Shown here: positions 37,791-49,624 of the stretch, piece after piece
Numbering within the stretch: position 1 is the first letter of the stretch
Layout of the letters: every line of letters begins with the position of its first letter
Assembly: GCA_022605425.2 (NCBI GenBank)
Contig: CM061248.1
Coordinates: 496,001 to 560,000 of the forward strand
Direction of reading: 5' to 3'
DNA length: 64,000 nucleotides
Origin: Hamiltosporidium tvaerminnensis FI-OER-3-3
Lineage: Eukaryota > Fungi > Microsporidia
Program-made: the position numbers and the translations under genes
The notes under the pieces: model-generated
Database searches by the model: none
What the model was told of the DNA's origin: nothing
Seen by the model: the letters and a program-made list of their open reading frames with translations, nothing else

Positions 37791-38996
37791 TTATTGATTT
37801 TTAGCTACCGAAAGTGCTTCTTCATACAAAAAACAAGGGATTTCTGTTAAATTTGACTCAAAAATTCTTTTTACAATCTCAATTTGCAAATTTATGGATT
37901 GCAAATCATAACATTCAATATTTGGAAAAATAGTGGGAGTAAAAATTTTATATAGATTATCTGACCCCATTTTATTATCTTTTGAATACTGATTAACTTT
38001 TCGAAAGATTTTCTGTAAATAGATAAGCATCTTTCTATTTTCATTTGTAATCGAAAATATTATTAAAGGCACAATATATTCTATTATTGAAGGATCCGTC
38101 TGGTTTTTTATTATTTTTATCACCCTTTCTGCAACCTGAACTGAAATTATCCCATTCATTATCTCCCGAATATATGCTTTTAAAATTGAAGCGTTGTCAT
38201 GAACAGATAACTCAGTATAATCATATCTCTTTCCTGCAGCTAAAACACCCGGCATAAATTTATAATAGGTATATTTACCGGAAATTCTAAACAATCCCTC
38301 TTTTTTGATTCCTTCATCCATAATATGATCACCAACGGTATAAACAAAGTTATTTTCTTTTTTTATATGATAAGAATCTTTCTTAAACGAAGATCTGAAT
38401 ATACTAGAAATTTTTTCTAAAATATTATCTTTAAAGCTGGATCTATATTTACGAAGCTTCTTAAAGCAAAAACAAGCCAATTTGATTTTTTCTTTGTCAC
38501 TAAGTAAATCATATTTTATAGTATCTTTAGCTTTTGTTTCTTTGTTTTCTAATTTATTAAAAGGAATTTCTTGTTTTTTCTCTCGAGATGGTATATTTAC
38601 CAGCTTTGATTTAAAATAAATTTCATTTTTTTTGTATATCATTATAGTAAATTTATATTCCATAATATATTTTAACATCGGGAATCTCTTATCTTCATGA
38701 TTCCAAATGTTGATTTCATGTACTTTAAACGCTACATTTTCAAGAAAGGATAAATTTGCTTTTTCTAAATCTTCTTTAGATTTTATACTCTCTTCTTCTT
38801 TCTCCTTCAATTTTGAATTTTTAATGATTCTAAATATACTTTTATGTATATTTCCCATATCATTACTATCTTGCTTGCATTCTTCGATTTTATTTAAGAT
38901 TCCAATCAGTTCATTCGATTCAAGTCCCTGATTTTTTGTTACTTCTGAAATATTAATTTTTTTAATATTTCCGCTGTTCTTTATTTTGCCAATCAT
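37791..38996 (-). CDS. RhoGAP-domain protein
   Basis: KEGLFRISG (arginine finger), ASILKAYIRE, NKMGSDNLYKIFTPTIF. Confidence 0.88.
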   Translation of the reverse strand: MIGKIKNSGNIKKINISEVTKNQGLESNELIGILNKIEECKQDSNDMGNIHKSIFRIIKNSKLKEKEEESIKSKEDLEKANLSFLENVAFKVHEINIWNHEDKRFPMLKYIMEYKFTIMIYKKNEIYFKSKLVNIPSREKKQEIPFNKLENKETKAKDTIKYDLLSDKEKIKLACFCFKKLRKYRSSFKDNILEKISSIFRSSFKKDSYHIKKENNFVYTVGDHIMDEGIKKEGLFRISGKYTYYKFMPGVLAAGKRYDYTELSVHDNASILKAYIREIMNGIISVQVAERVIKIIKNQTDPSIIEYIVPLIIFSITNENRKMLIYLQKIFRKVNQYSKDNKMGSDNLYKIFTPTIFPNIECYDLQSINLQIEIVKRIFESNLTEIPCFLYEEALSVAKNQ

Positions 38997-40477
38997 TTGT
39001 TTATTATTGTTTTTTTTATTATATAGACTTGAAATCGAGTGTTTGTTTATAAATCTGCATTGATTTTCTTTATCTTAAACAAAGTGTATCAAAATGAAAA
39101 AAAGGTTATTAATATATCTTTTAATCTTATTTTAATTTCCTTAATGATATTACATCAAATATTTAATTAAATTTTAATAAAATTCATCTACCATTTATTA
39201 TCATATCTTATATTGCTAACTTTAGATAAAATACTAAACAATTGACTATTTTAAATCATCAATTTAAGATGCGGTTTCGTTTTATAAGAAAAGAGATTTA
39301 TTTAAGCTAAATTATTTTTAAATCTTTTATTCTTTTATCTATTATTTTTTTAAATTAAAAAGTGTATTCGAGCAGTGTGATTGAAATAGCTGAAATTATA
39401 TATCTTCTCGAATTAGACGGAATTTAATAAAAATCATAACTTAATAGTACTTTATATCTGATAGAAGAGAATTAAAAAAGGAATTTTACATTTTATTTTA
39501 GTATGTAGATATTTTTTTACCCTTTTCAGCTAGCAGACACGTTTATTTAAGTCCTAAATTTTATTTGAATTTATATATTTTAAAAATTTTTAGCTAACAA
39601 ATGAGATTATAAGTCCGAATTTTGTAATTAAATTTTAAATATTTTATCAAAAAATAAATTTCTTCGGAGTTCTCAGTATAACTTATCTGTTATATTAAGT
39701 TCCATTCATAGTATAATTTATAAAACTAAAATTTCGTTTTAATCTGCTATATTTATACTCCAATACGTGCCAAAATCTTTGATAGATTAAAAACACATGT
39801 AAATGCCATCGTTTGATGTCTATCAGGCAACAAAGAAATACATAGTAAATTAATAGCATAATATATTGTAAAATACTAATAATCCACTGTATGTTTGCAA
39901 CAGAATTTTTTGGGTAACACACTGGGAATAAAACATAATTAGATGCTAAGAATAATATTATATCGGAAATATATTTCTTAATGGCATTCTATACACTTAA
40001 AGTATTATTTTAATTTAATATAAATAAAATTATGAATTTTTTGTTTAAGATTTATTCACAAATAGTTCAAACTAGTAATAAAATTCAAGATGGAACCCGT
40101 TATCATATTTATTTAAAAAATCTTCTTAATACAAAAACTTAATTCTATTGTTTTGATCTTTAAGTTACTTGGTTAGTATTTAGAACTTTTAAATAAAAAT
40201 TAGGAACCCAAAGTATACGAATTAGATGCTAAAGTAATCATACAGGCATCATTTTATTAGATAAGATTTAAATTAAATATTCGAATAAAATTAAGATTGG
40301 ATTTATAAGAAATTTATTAGAATGAATTAAATTAATGTGAAATTATATTAGAATGAATATAAGATTTTAATTTTTAGGGAAATAAAATTATATAAAAATA
40401 CATTTAAAGCAGAAGGTGTAGTATAATAAACTGTTTTACTTATCTAATAGTATATAGCTAAGTATAATTTTTTGGTT

Positions 40478-41960
40478 AAATAAAATTCCGAGTTAAAATA
40501 TTTTTACCACTTTTAAATATTTTCTTCTACCTCTTTAACAACTGCTGTCTCTTCTTCCAAATCCGACTCTTTATTTATGTTATTGGTCGGCTCCTCTAAA
40601 GTGGTTCCTCCTTGTGAAATAAGGGGTGCTTTATATTTTGGTTTAAAATTTTTTGCACCATATTCCTCTCTCTTCTCTTCTTTTAAAAGAGGTGTTAGTT
40701 CCTCATGCATCTCTGCTCTCATAATAACACCCATTGACGCTCTCTCCCAGCTCTCTTCGGCATTTAGTCCTGACTCAAGTCCTCTTCGTCGATCAAAGGA
40801 AATTGTTTCGACAGTCTTCTTAAGTACTATAGACTGAATGTATGTCTCTACATTCATGGGTATTTCTAGTCTTTTAATATGAGATTTATGGTATTTTGTC
40901 ACATTCCGTCCCAGGTCATCACATAAGGGATTATCTCAACACTACACTTATAAATAAGACCCAACTAGATGGCTAGCAGGTCATACTTCCTAAGTTTTTC
41001 AGTTTCAACTATTTGAAGTAAATCTGTGAAGTGATTCATACTTCAATGAGTGTTATATTATTCTTCTTCTTATCTAAGATCAATATGTCGGGTCTGTTTT
41101 TCCGAATTTTAACATAAGTTTTTATTCTGGTGTCTACTCTTATCTCTGCATACTCATTATCAAGAATTTCTTGAACTGAGTGACTCCTTATTCGTTTTGA
41201 AGACTTAAACTTATATCTATTTAGAAGAAGTAGGTGTAGGCATCTAACCACTTCATTATGCCGTCTGGTGTAGTCATGGTCTAGCATTTTTTCACATCTC
41301 GTTTCTAGATGATCTACAGTCTTACCAGACTTCCCGCAATGTTGATACACACCATCTGCTCCCGGAATACATTTCTATCCTGGATATAGCAGAACACAGC
41401 TTCATTTCGTGGCCTAATATTCCCTTTCTTTAGCCATCCTGAAGAGTCACTAACACTCACAAGCTCATTTTTCCTTGCACTATATAACTTTGAATGAAGT
41501 TTTCGTTTTTCTATTTCGTTATATAGTTTTGCAAGTTGAGCTTCTTCTAAACTTTTCTTAGTGACTTCTTCTATCAACCTGTACTTTACTTTTAAGAAGC
41601 CATTTATTAGTGCAAGATGGGTTTTATTATTATTCTCCACCTTGGTGATTGCTGCTCGTCTAGTTGATATTTCTTTACTTTTTTCCAGACAATCCAAGAG
41701 TTGCAGAAGCATATGTTCACCCCGCAACTCAACACTATGTAAGCCTCTTCCAAGTTCTGTTCTAGGAAGGTATAAACGCTCTTTACATCCAGGGCGAAGA
41801 TGTATCTTATTCTTCACCAACACAGCACGCACTGCCTCATCTAACTTAGAGAAGTCAGCCGGTGTAAGTCGAAGTACTCCTATATGATAGTTGATTAACG
41901 ATATCGCATGTCGATTGATTGATTGCAGAAACCAAATTTTTTGCATTTAATCTAGTGTGA
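40478..41960 (-). mobile_element. 5'-truncated R4/Dong-like retrotransposon
   Basis: Nearly identical to 36149-37630, with the same motifs. Confidence 0.9.
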
Positions 41961-42075
41961 GAACTGTAAATATAAAATAAATAGAAAGACATATAAAAAA
42001 ACATATAAAAAAACATATATATAATAAAACACTATATCCCTACAACTATATCCCTACAACTATACCCCTATACAC

Positions 42076-45000
42076 TCACAGTGTATAACACATTAACTCT
42101 TTTAATATCTCTATTTCCATAGAATAATACTTCTGTCCATTTTCTTCATAATAATTACTTAAAATATCTAAAACAATTTTCTTTTTATAACTCTCTAATC
42201 TTAAAAAGTCTTTTAAAAACCCTTTACTACTTTCTACTAAAACACTCTTAAGTAAATAAAACCCATTCTTAACAACCAGGAGTTGTTTATAATCAAAGGT
42301 ATTAACAGTAGTATGTTTGTTAGGAATGGTATTGTTGTTAGTATTAGATTTGTTAGTATTATCCTTATTATCCCTACTAATACTACCCTTACTAATACTA
42401 TACCCACTCTTACTACACTCACATATCTCTACCTTACTACCACTACTATACCTATCAATACCCTTTATATTCCTAAATACACTTCTATTCTCATACATTT
42501 CTATTTCCTCTTCTCCTTTCATATTCTCATTAAAATTAAACTCTTCTTCTTCTAAATCACATAAACTTTCATTTAAATAATCTTCTATAAAATTATCATT
42601 GTTATTATTTAAACCATCAATATCACTAAAATTAATATTAAAGGTATTAAAATGTAAAAGGTAAGGGTCAGTAGTAAGGTTGTTATCTTGTATGTTGTTA
42701 GTATTGGTATTAGTATTTATATTAGTATTAGTGTTAGTATTAGCATTAGTATTTATATTAGTATTAGTATTAGTATTAGTATTAGTATGGTTGTTGTTAA
42801 TCGTATTATTTATTTCTTTATCCCTAGTACTAATATTATAATCCTTATTACTATCTTTATCCCTACTACTAATATAACCTTTATCCTTATTACTATCTTT
42901 ATCCTTATTACTATAATCTTTACTTACTAATATAACCCTTATCCCTATTACTACTACTATAATCCTTAGTATATTCCTTATCCCTACCACACTCCCTACC
43001 ACTCATATAATACCTCTGCTCAAAACACATAACAATAAAATACCTATACATCTGAAAATACTCCTGTTCACACACACTAACAGGAAATAAAACATAAAAA
43101 CTACAAACAACACAAAACACTCCAAAACAACTAAACCTCATCCTATACATACCCATACCACAACACAATATACCTAATAACATCTTATATTTAACTATAT
43201 CTCCATACCTTAACCCATACTGTACTTCATATCCACATCCATTCTCATAAATATTAAAATCTGATATTTCATTTAAATATTTACTTCTTTCTAATTTCTT
43301 TAATATTCTTCTTAATATTCTTAATACTTCTAAATCTAAAGTACCATTAAGTATTATTACTAATGATAATAAAGAAGAATCTAATAATATTTTATAAATG
43401 TTATTCTTCTTAACTCTTTCCTCAGCAAACAGACAAATAGCAATGAGTCTATTCTTAATATTAGTAGTATAAGTAGTATTGTTAGTATTTTGATGGTTGT
43501 TGTTAGTATAATTAGTATTATTGTTAGTATAAGTAGTATTGTTGTTAGTAGTATTGTTAGTAGTATTGTTAGTAGTATTGTTAGTATCCTTATTATTACC
43601 CTTATTACTACAATCCTTATTATTACTATAATATCTACTATCCCTACCCACATCACTATCACTACCCCCACCACCCCCACTACCAATCTTACTCCATACC
43701 TTTATCCCTATATATAATAATAACCCACTTATCCTATACATCTCTACATCACTACAACTAAACATATAAATACTTTCAACTTCTCTTAAAATATCCTCTT
43801 CTTCTTCATTAAAACATATTCCTTTACAAAAAAAAGAAGAATAAAATATTTCTTGTAATTTACTATTATCACTTCTTTTAAGATAATTTATTATTTTCTT
43901 TTTATTACTTTTAAAGAATATTAAACCATTTACCAGTAATTCACATAGAGAGTCTTTTAAAGGAATAAATGATATATTATTTTTAAGAGTAAAGTAATTA
44001 AAGAAGGTAGGGGTGTTGGAGGTGGGGGTGTGGGAGGTGGGGGTGTTGTTGTTAGTATTAGTGGTGTTAGTATAAGTATTGTTAGTATAAGTGGTGTTAG
44101 TATAAGTATTGTTAGTATAAGTATAAGTATTAGTGTTATTATTACTATTATCTAAATCCTTAATATTACTATTACTAATATCCCTATTATTACTATTATC
44201 TAAATCCCTATTATTACTATTATCTAAATCCCTATTATTACTATCCTTACTATTACTAATATTATCTAAATCCCTATTATTACTATTACTAATATCCCTA
44301 TTATTACTATTATCTAAATCCTTATTACTAATATTATCTAAATCACCATCACCCCCTTCCACATCACCACCACCACCCCCCTCCAAATCCTCCCGCATAA
44401 ACACTAATGACATTGCTAACCCTATTCCTACCCTATAATACTCATCATACCATATCTTATTACCTTTATTATACATATCACTATAATAACACCCATATCT
44501 ATTACATTCTTTAATAAGAATATTAAAAATACTTTTATTATAACTTTTATAAAATAAAAAACTTAAACCAATACAACAAGCATATTTTAAAGAATATGAA
44601 GGTTTAGAAAAAATAATATTTTTTAAATATTTAGTAAGTAAAGGGTCACATGTACTTCTCTTACTTATACAAATACTTATTATTGAAGTAATTGTAAGTA
44701 ATTGATATGTTGTAGTATCTATGTTATATATAAATGTGTGATTTATTGTATCTAGTTTACCTTGTAGACCTAATCCATATAACATACCTGATATTTCCAA
44801 CTCATTTATTTCATTGATGTGTGGTGGGGGTGTTATTGATGTAGGGTTAGATGTTGTTATTGGTGATAGTGTAGGATTAGTAGGATTAGATATACTATTA
44901 TCTATGGTGTTATCTATACTATTGTCTAATATATTAGATGATATACTATTGTCTATGCTATTATCTATGCTAGATGTGTTGCTTTCTAGTTCGTTATATG

Positions 45001-48000
45001 AATTAATAGTAGCATTGTTAGACTCTCTATCTGTATCCATATCTATGTCATTGCCTGGTTCGTTATATGAATCTAAGGTGTTTATTTCATTAAAATTATA
45101 TTCAGTAACAGTAATATTAGATGTGTTAGTAGTGTTGTTAGTATGGTTGTTAGTATGGATGTTAGTAGGATTGTTAGTATTGTTGTTAGTATGGTTGTTA
45201 GTATTGTTGTTAGTATGGTTGTTAGTATGGATGTTAGTAGGATTGTAAGTAGGGGTGTTAGTATGGATGTTAGTAGGATTGTTAGAGGTGTTGTTAGTAT
45301 GGTTGTTAAAGGTGTTGTTAGTAGGATTGTTAAAGGTGTTGTTAGTAGTAGTAATAGTAGTAGTAATAGTAGTAGTAATAGTAGGGTTATTACTATATAA
45401 CCTATTACTAATATCCCTATTACTATATAACCTATTACTACTATTAATATCCCTAGTATCCCTTTCCCTATTACTAGTGTTAATACCCCCTGTTATATTA
45501 GGTAGAGAATCAATTCTTAAATCTGTTATTCTTACACCTGTAATATCTCTAACAGTACTTTCTCTTATATTACTTATGTTAGTATAAGTAGTGTTAGTAT
45601 TGTTAGTGTTAGTATTGTTAGTATTAGTAGTATTGTTAGTGTTGTTAGTGTTAGTACTTGTGTTAGTACTTATATTGCTTACATTACTTATACTAACACT
45701 AGCACTTATATTACTATTAACACTTATATTACTGTTAGTACTTATACTACCATTTACATTGATTATATTTCCTGTTGATAAAGGTATGTCTCTTTCAGTT
45801 GTATTTCTTATTTCTCTCCCTGTAACAGTGTTATTTCTTATTTCTCTCCCTGTAACACTAGTTGTATTAATGTGTCTATTAGAGAATATGGGAATATCAG
45901 GTGTGGGTTGGTTTTTAATTTTAAAAAAAGAAAGTTTCTGTTCAATAAACAATTCTGGGTCGAAGTTGGTATCTGTGAGTGGTATTGAAAGAAAATAACA
46001 ACAAGAATGATGAAAATCTGACCATGAGTATTTACTTTTTAAAGGTAAAAATAAATTTTCAATTTTATTTTTTCTTTTAACTTGAAATTCCAATTTGGGA
46101 ATAAAATTTATTTTAGAAAAATTTAAAGAGAAATATATAAATGAAGTACCTATACATGCACTTTGTCTTAAAACAAAAGCTGTTTCTCTTTTTCTTTCAA
46201 AATCTGTATCGCAATGTGGAAAACTTACTAGTAGGTTTGTACTTGCTAGTGTTTCTACTTCTGACCATCTTTCATCTCCCAAATGGTTTTTTATTGCTTT
46301 TTGAAATGAAGAAGCAAATTTTTCTGATTTTGTTATGTAAAACGGATCCTCTGTTTTATAGAGAAATTTAAAAGGAAAAATTTCTTTTCTTATTATTTCA
46401 TAAGTCATTTGAAAAATTGTTTTTTTGTTTGTATTTGTTCTTGTATTTGTGTTTGTATTAGTGTTTGTTCTTGTATTTGTATTTGTTCTTGTTCTTGTAT
46501 TAGTAATAATATTATTATTGTTATTATTACTAATATTATTACTAACCCTTTTACTATTACTAGTATTATTACTATTACTAGTATTACCCTTACTAATACT
46601 AATACCCTTATTATTACTAGTATTATCACTAATACCCTTACTAATATTACCCACACCCTCATTATTACCCTCCTTATTACTATTACTGTTATTTTTAAAA
46701 ATTAAAAAATCTTTTAAAAAGTTTTCTTGGTTATTAAAAATATTTAAATCTATTTCTTTTTTATTTTTTAAAAAATTTTCTTTTCTAAAAAATTTATGTG
46801 TATGATGAGTACGAGAATGAGTAATACGAGACATATTTAAAAATTCCTTTTCTTTTTCTTTAAACTTTATATTTTCATTAATAAAATTATTATTAAAACC
46901 AAAATAATTTTTATATTTAGAATTAATATTTTCACTATTATCCATATTCTTATTATTCTTATTATCTATATTCTTATTATTCTTATTCTTTTTATCCATA
47001 TCCCTATTAACACTATTCTTATTATCACTATTCTTATTATCTATATTCTTATTATCTATATTCTTATTATCTATATTCTTATTATCCTTATTCTTTTTAT
47101 CCATATCCCTATTATCACTATTCTTATTATCCATATTCTTATATATTTCTAAAATATTCTTAGTATCTACATTCTCTTTATTCATACTCATTTCTAAAAT
47201 ATTTTTATTATAAAAAAATATTCTGTGATATTTTAAATCTAAAATATTTTGTCTTTTTATTTTATTAGGAATTATTTTGTTTTTATAAAGAATAAAAGGA
47301 AGTTTTTTATAACAATTTTTTAGTTTTTTCTTATTTCTAATTAATAATAAATAATCTTTTAAATTAAAACTTTTTATAAACCAAATATTTCTTAAAATTT
47401 CTTTTTTTATATTTATAGAATTAAATATTACAAAATTAAATATTTGTATTAATTTTGAAATATTTTTAGTTTTTAAAATTGAGATTAGTAAATTGTTTTC
47501 TATGATTGTATTATTTATGGTTGTATTATTCTTTATGTTATTATCTATGTTCTTCTTTATTGTTGTATTATCTATTTTTGTATTTTTATAATCTCTAATG
47601 GTTGTATTATCTATTTTTGTATTATCCTTTATGTTCTTTTTTACTTCTTTTTTTATACAATTATTCTTCTCTATACAACTAGTCTTAATATTTTTCTCTT
47701 TTCTTATATTTTGTTGGTTAAATATTTCTTTAAATAATAATATTTGTTCTTGTGTGTTTAGGAGGTGTAAAATAGAAAGTATAAATTTACTTTTTATTGG
47801 TTTTAAAACATAATAATTTTGTTTAAAATTGGTTTTTTTAAATGGAAAATTTGTACAAATAATTTGTGTATATAAAATAAGTATTGAATGGTTAATTAAA
47901 AGAAATTCTATTGGATTTTCTGATGTATAAATTTTAAGTATTTTATGGTTAAAAATAGGTGTAGGTATTTGTACTGAAATAATTAAATCTATTTTTTTTC

Positions 48001-48808
48001 TTTTTACTTCGTTTTTTATAGAAAAAATATTAAAAAGATTTATAAAAAATAAAGGTGTTTTGTTGTTTAGGTGTTTGGTGTTTTGGTTGTATATTACAAG
48101 GTAATTTAAATAAACAAATAATTTAAGTTTTTCGTGTGTCTGTTTGGATACGAAAGAAAGGTTTTGGTTGTGAGAAAGGTTTGGGTTGGAAGAAAGGTTT
48201 GGGTTGGAAGAAAGGTTTGGGTTGTGAGAAAGGTTTGGGTTGTGAGAAAGGTTTGGGTTGTGAGAAAGGTTTGGGTTGTGAGAAAGGTTTTGGTTGTGAG
48301 AAAGGTTTGGGTTGGAAGAAAGGTTTGGATTGGGAGAAAGGTTTGGATTGGAAGAAAGGTTTGGGTTGGAACTGTTGTTTTCTTCTTTTAAAATAATTTT
48401 TTTTCCTATTTTTTTTTGAATGGAAAAAATTCTTTTAGAATTTTCTTTGATAAAAAAAATATAATTTGATGCTTCTGTAGAAGAAGGTGTATAAATAAAG
48501 AATGTCTCTGTATATCCACATAGGTACATATCTGGTTCATAAGATATATCTTTATATGAATATATATTGGTTGTAATTTCTTTTATTTGATTTGATTCAG
48601 ATTGTAAAAAAATATGTTTTGGTGTAATTATTATAGATTTGTATTTATAAAAAGGTAAAATGGTAATGTTCTCTTCTATTACTGCTATTTCATTTTTAAA
48701 TACTACTATAACTCTTCCATTTGAAAATTCTGCTTTTTTTACTGTCTTTTCGAATTTAAAATTTCTATTTTCAACCTTAAGAATTCTTTTATGCCATTTA
48801 ATAATCAT
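42076..48808 (-). CDS. APC1: Anaphase-promoting complex subunit 1 with large low-complexity insertions; 1-bp frameshift near 42924 separates the C-terminus
   Basis: DERWSEVETL, PC-repeat segments GMLYGLGLQGKL and EYYRVGIGLAMSLV, DLEVLRILRRI, YGDIVKYKMLLGILCCGMG, FQMYRYF. CCCTT before the ATG. ORF 42076-43002 continues the same repeat in another frame. Confidence 0.85.
48158..48370 (-). repeat. 18-bp coding tandem repeat (NPNLS[H/S/P]) x ~12 inside APC1
   Basis: gagaaaggtttgggttgt-type units seen directly. Confidence 0.95.
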
Positions 48809-48875
48809 AAGGGATTAAAAAAGAAATTTAATAACTAAAAAAATATTGTAGTTTAAAGAATATATTGGAGTTTTG

Positions 48876-49602
48876 GTGAAGGTAGGATAACCACATAAAA
48901 AACTTTTTGCTTGGCAATGAGTGTGTGAAACTGTTGTGAGATCATTGTTTGGATTTTTGGTGGAAATACAACCACACTACATCTTCGGTTGTTCCATGGG
49001 AGTTGTTATGAGGAGAAGAGGTCTAAGAAACGGAGAAACTTTTTCTACAAATTTATTTGTAGTTTTTTATGTAACCAGATTGCAGACCGCAGCTGAACAT
49101 GTAGGTAATTGCCATGTAAAAGCATGGAACCCTAGCCTTGCTCACTCGGGTTAGAAGACTTAGCGCCTGGGAGATATAAAAATAAAACCCATTAAAAGCC
49201 GGGAGAGCTAAGTAGCAGGTTATACCTGTTGGTATGACATTGCACTGTCTAGGTGGACCCCATGTAAATCTCTGAAATATATCTTAGCTAGAAGTTTATT
49301 GGGTTCAGAAAGTGTAGAGTAAGTGGGAATGCTGCATAGTCTTGGGGGAGCCCAGGGGGGGCTTCGGCCTTCGATCACACTCCATGCAACGGACATTAAC
49401 GAACTCCGGGCAACTGCCTCGCCTATTATTTAGGTTCTACACACCTGGTAGATGAAAGGCTTTGGGACGTAGGTATCGCAGGGGTTACCGATGGAGTGTT
49501 GGGGTAGCAGTCATTTATGTTAAACCTAGAACTGCGTTAATGTCATAAAAACAAATATAACACTTGCCACTATTTTAAAAATATGTGATACTTTTAAATA
49601 AA
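48876..49602 (+). mobile_element. ~730-bp structured non-coding SINE-like element
   Basis: Near-identical to 33240-33970, ~70 bp upstream of the APC1 ATG. No clear TSD. Confidence 0.9.
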
Positions 49603-49624
49603 GAATTATTTCTTGTAAATATAA

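Noticed and set aside
42237-46805. Many Leu/Val/Ile-rich ORFs overlapping APC1
   Set aside because: Antisense or alternative-frame shadows of Asn/Thr microsatellite coding sequence.
48158-48370. GGGTT/TTTGGG-rich array as telomeric repeat or CRISPR
   Set aside because: In-frame 18-bp coding repeat inside APC1, with no spacers.
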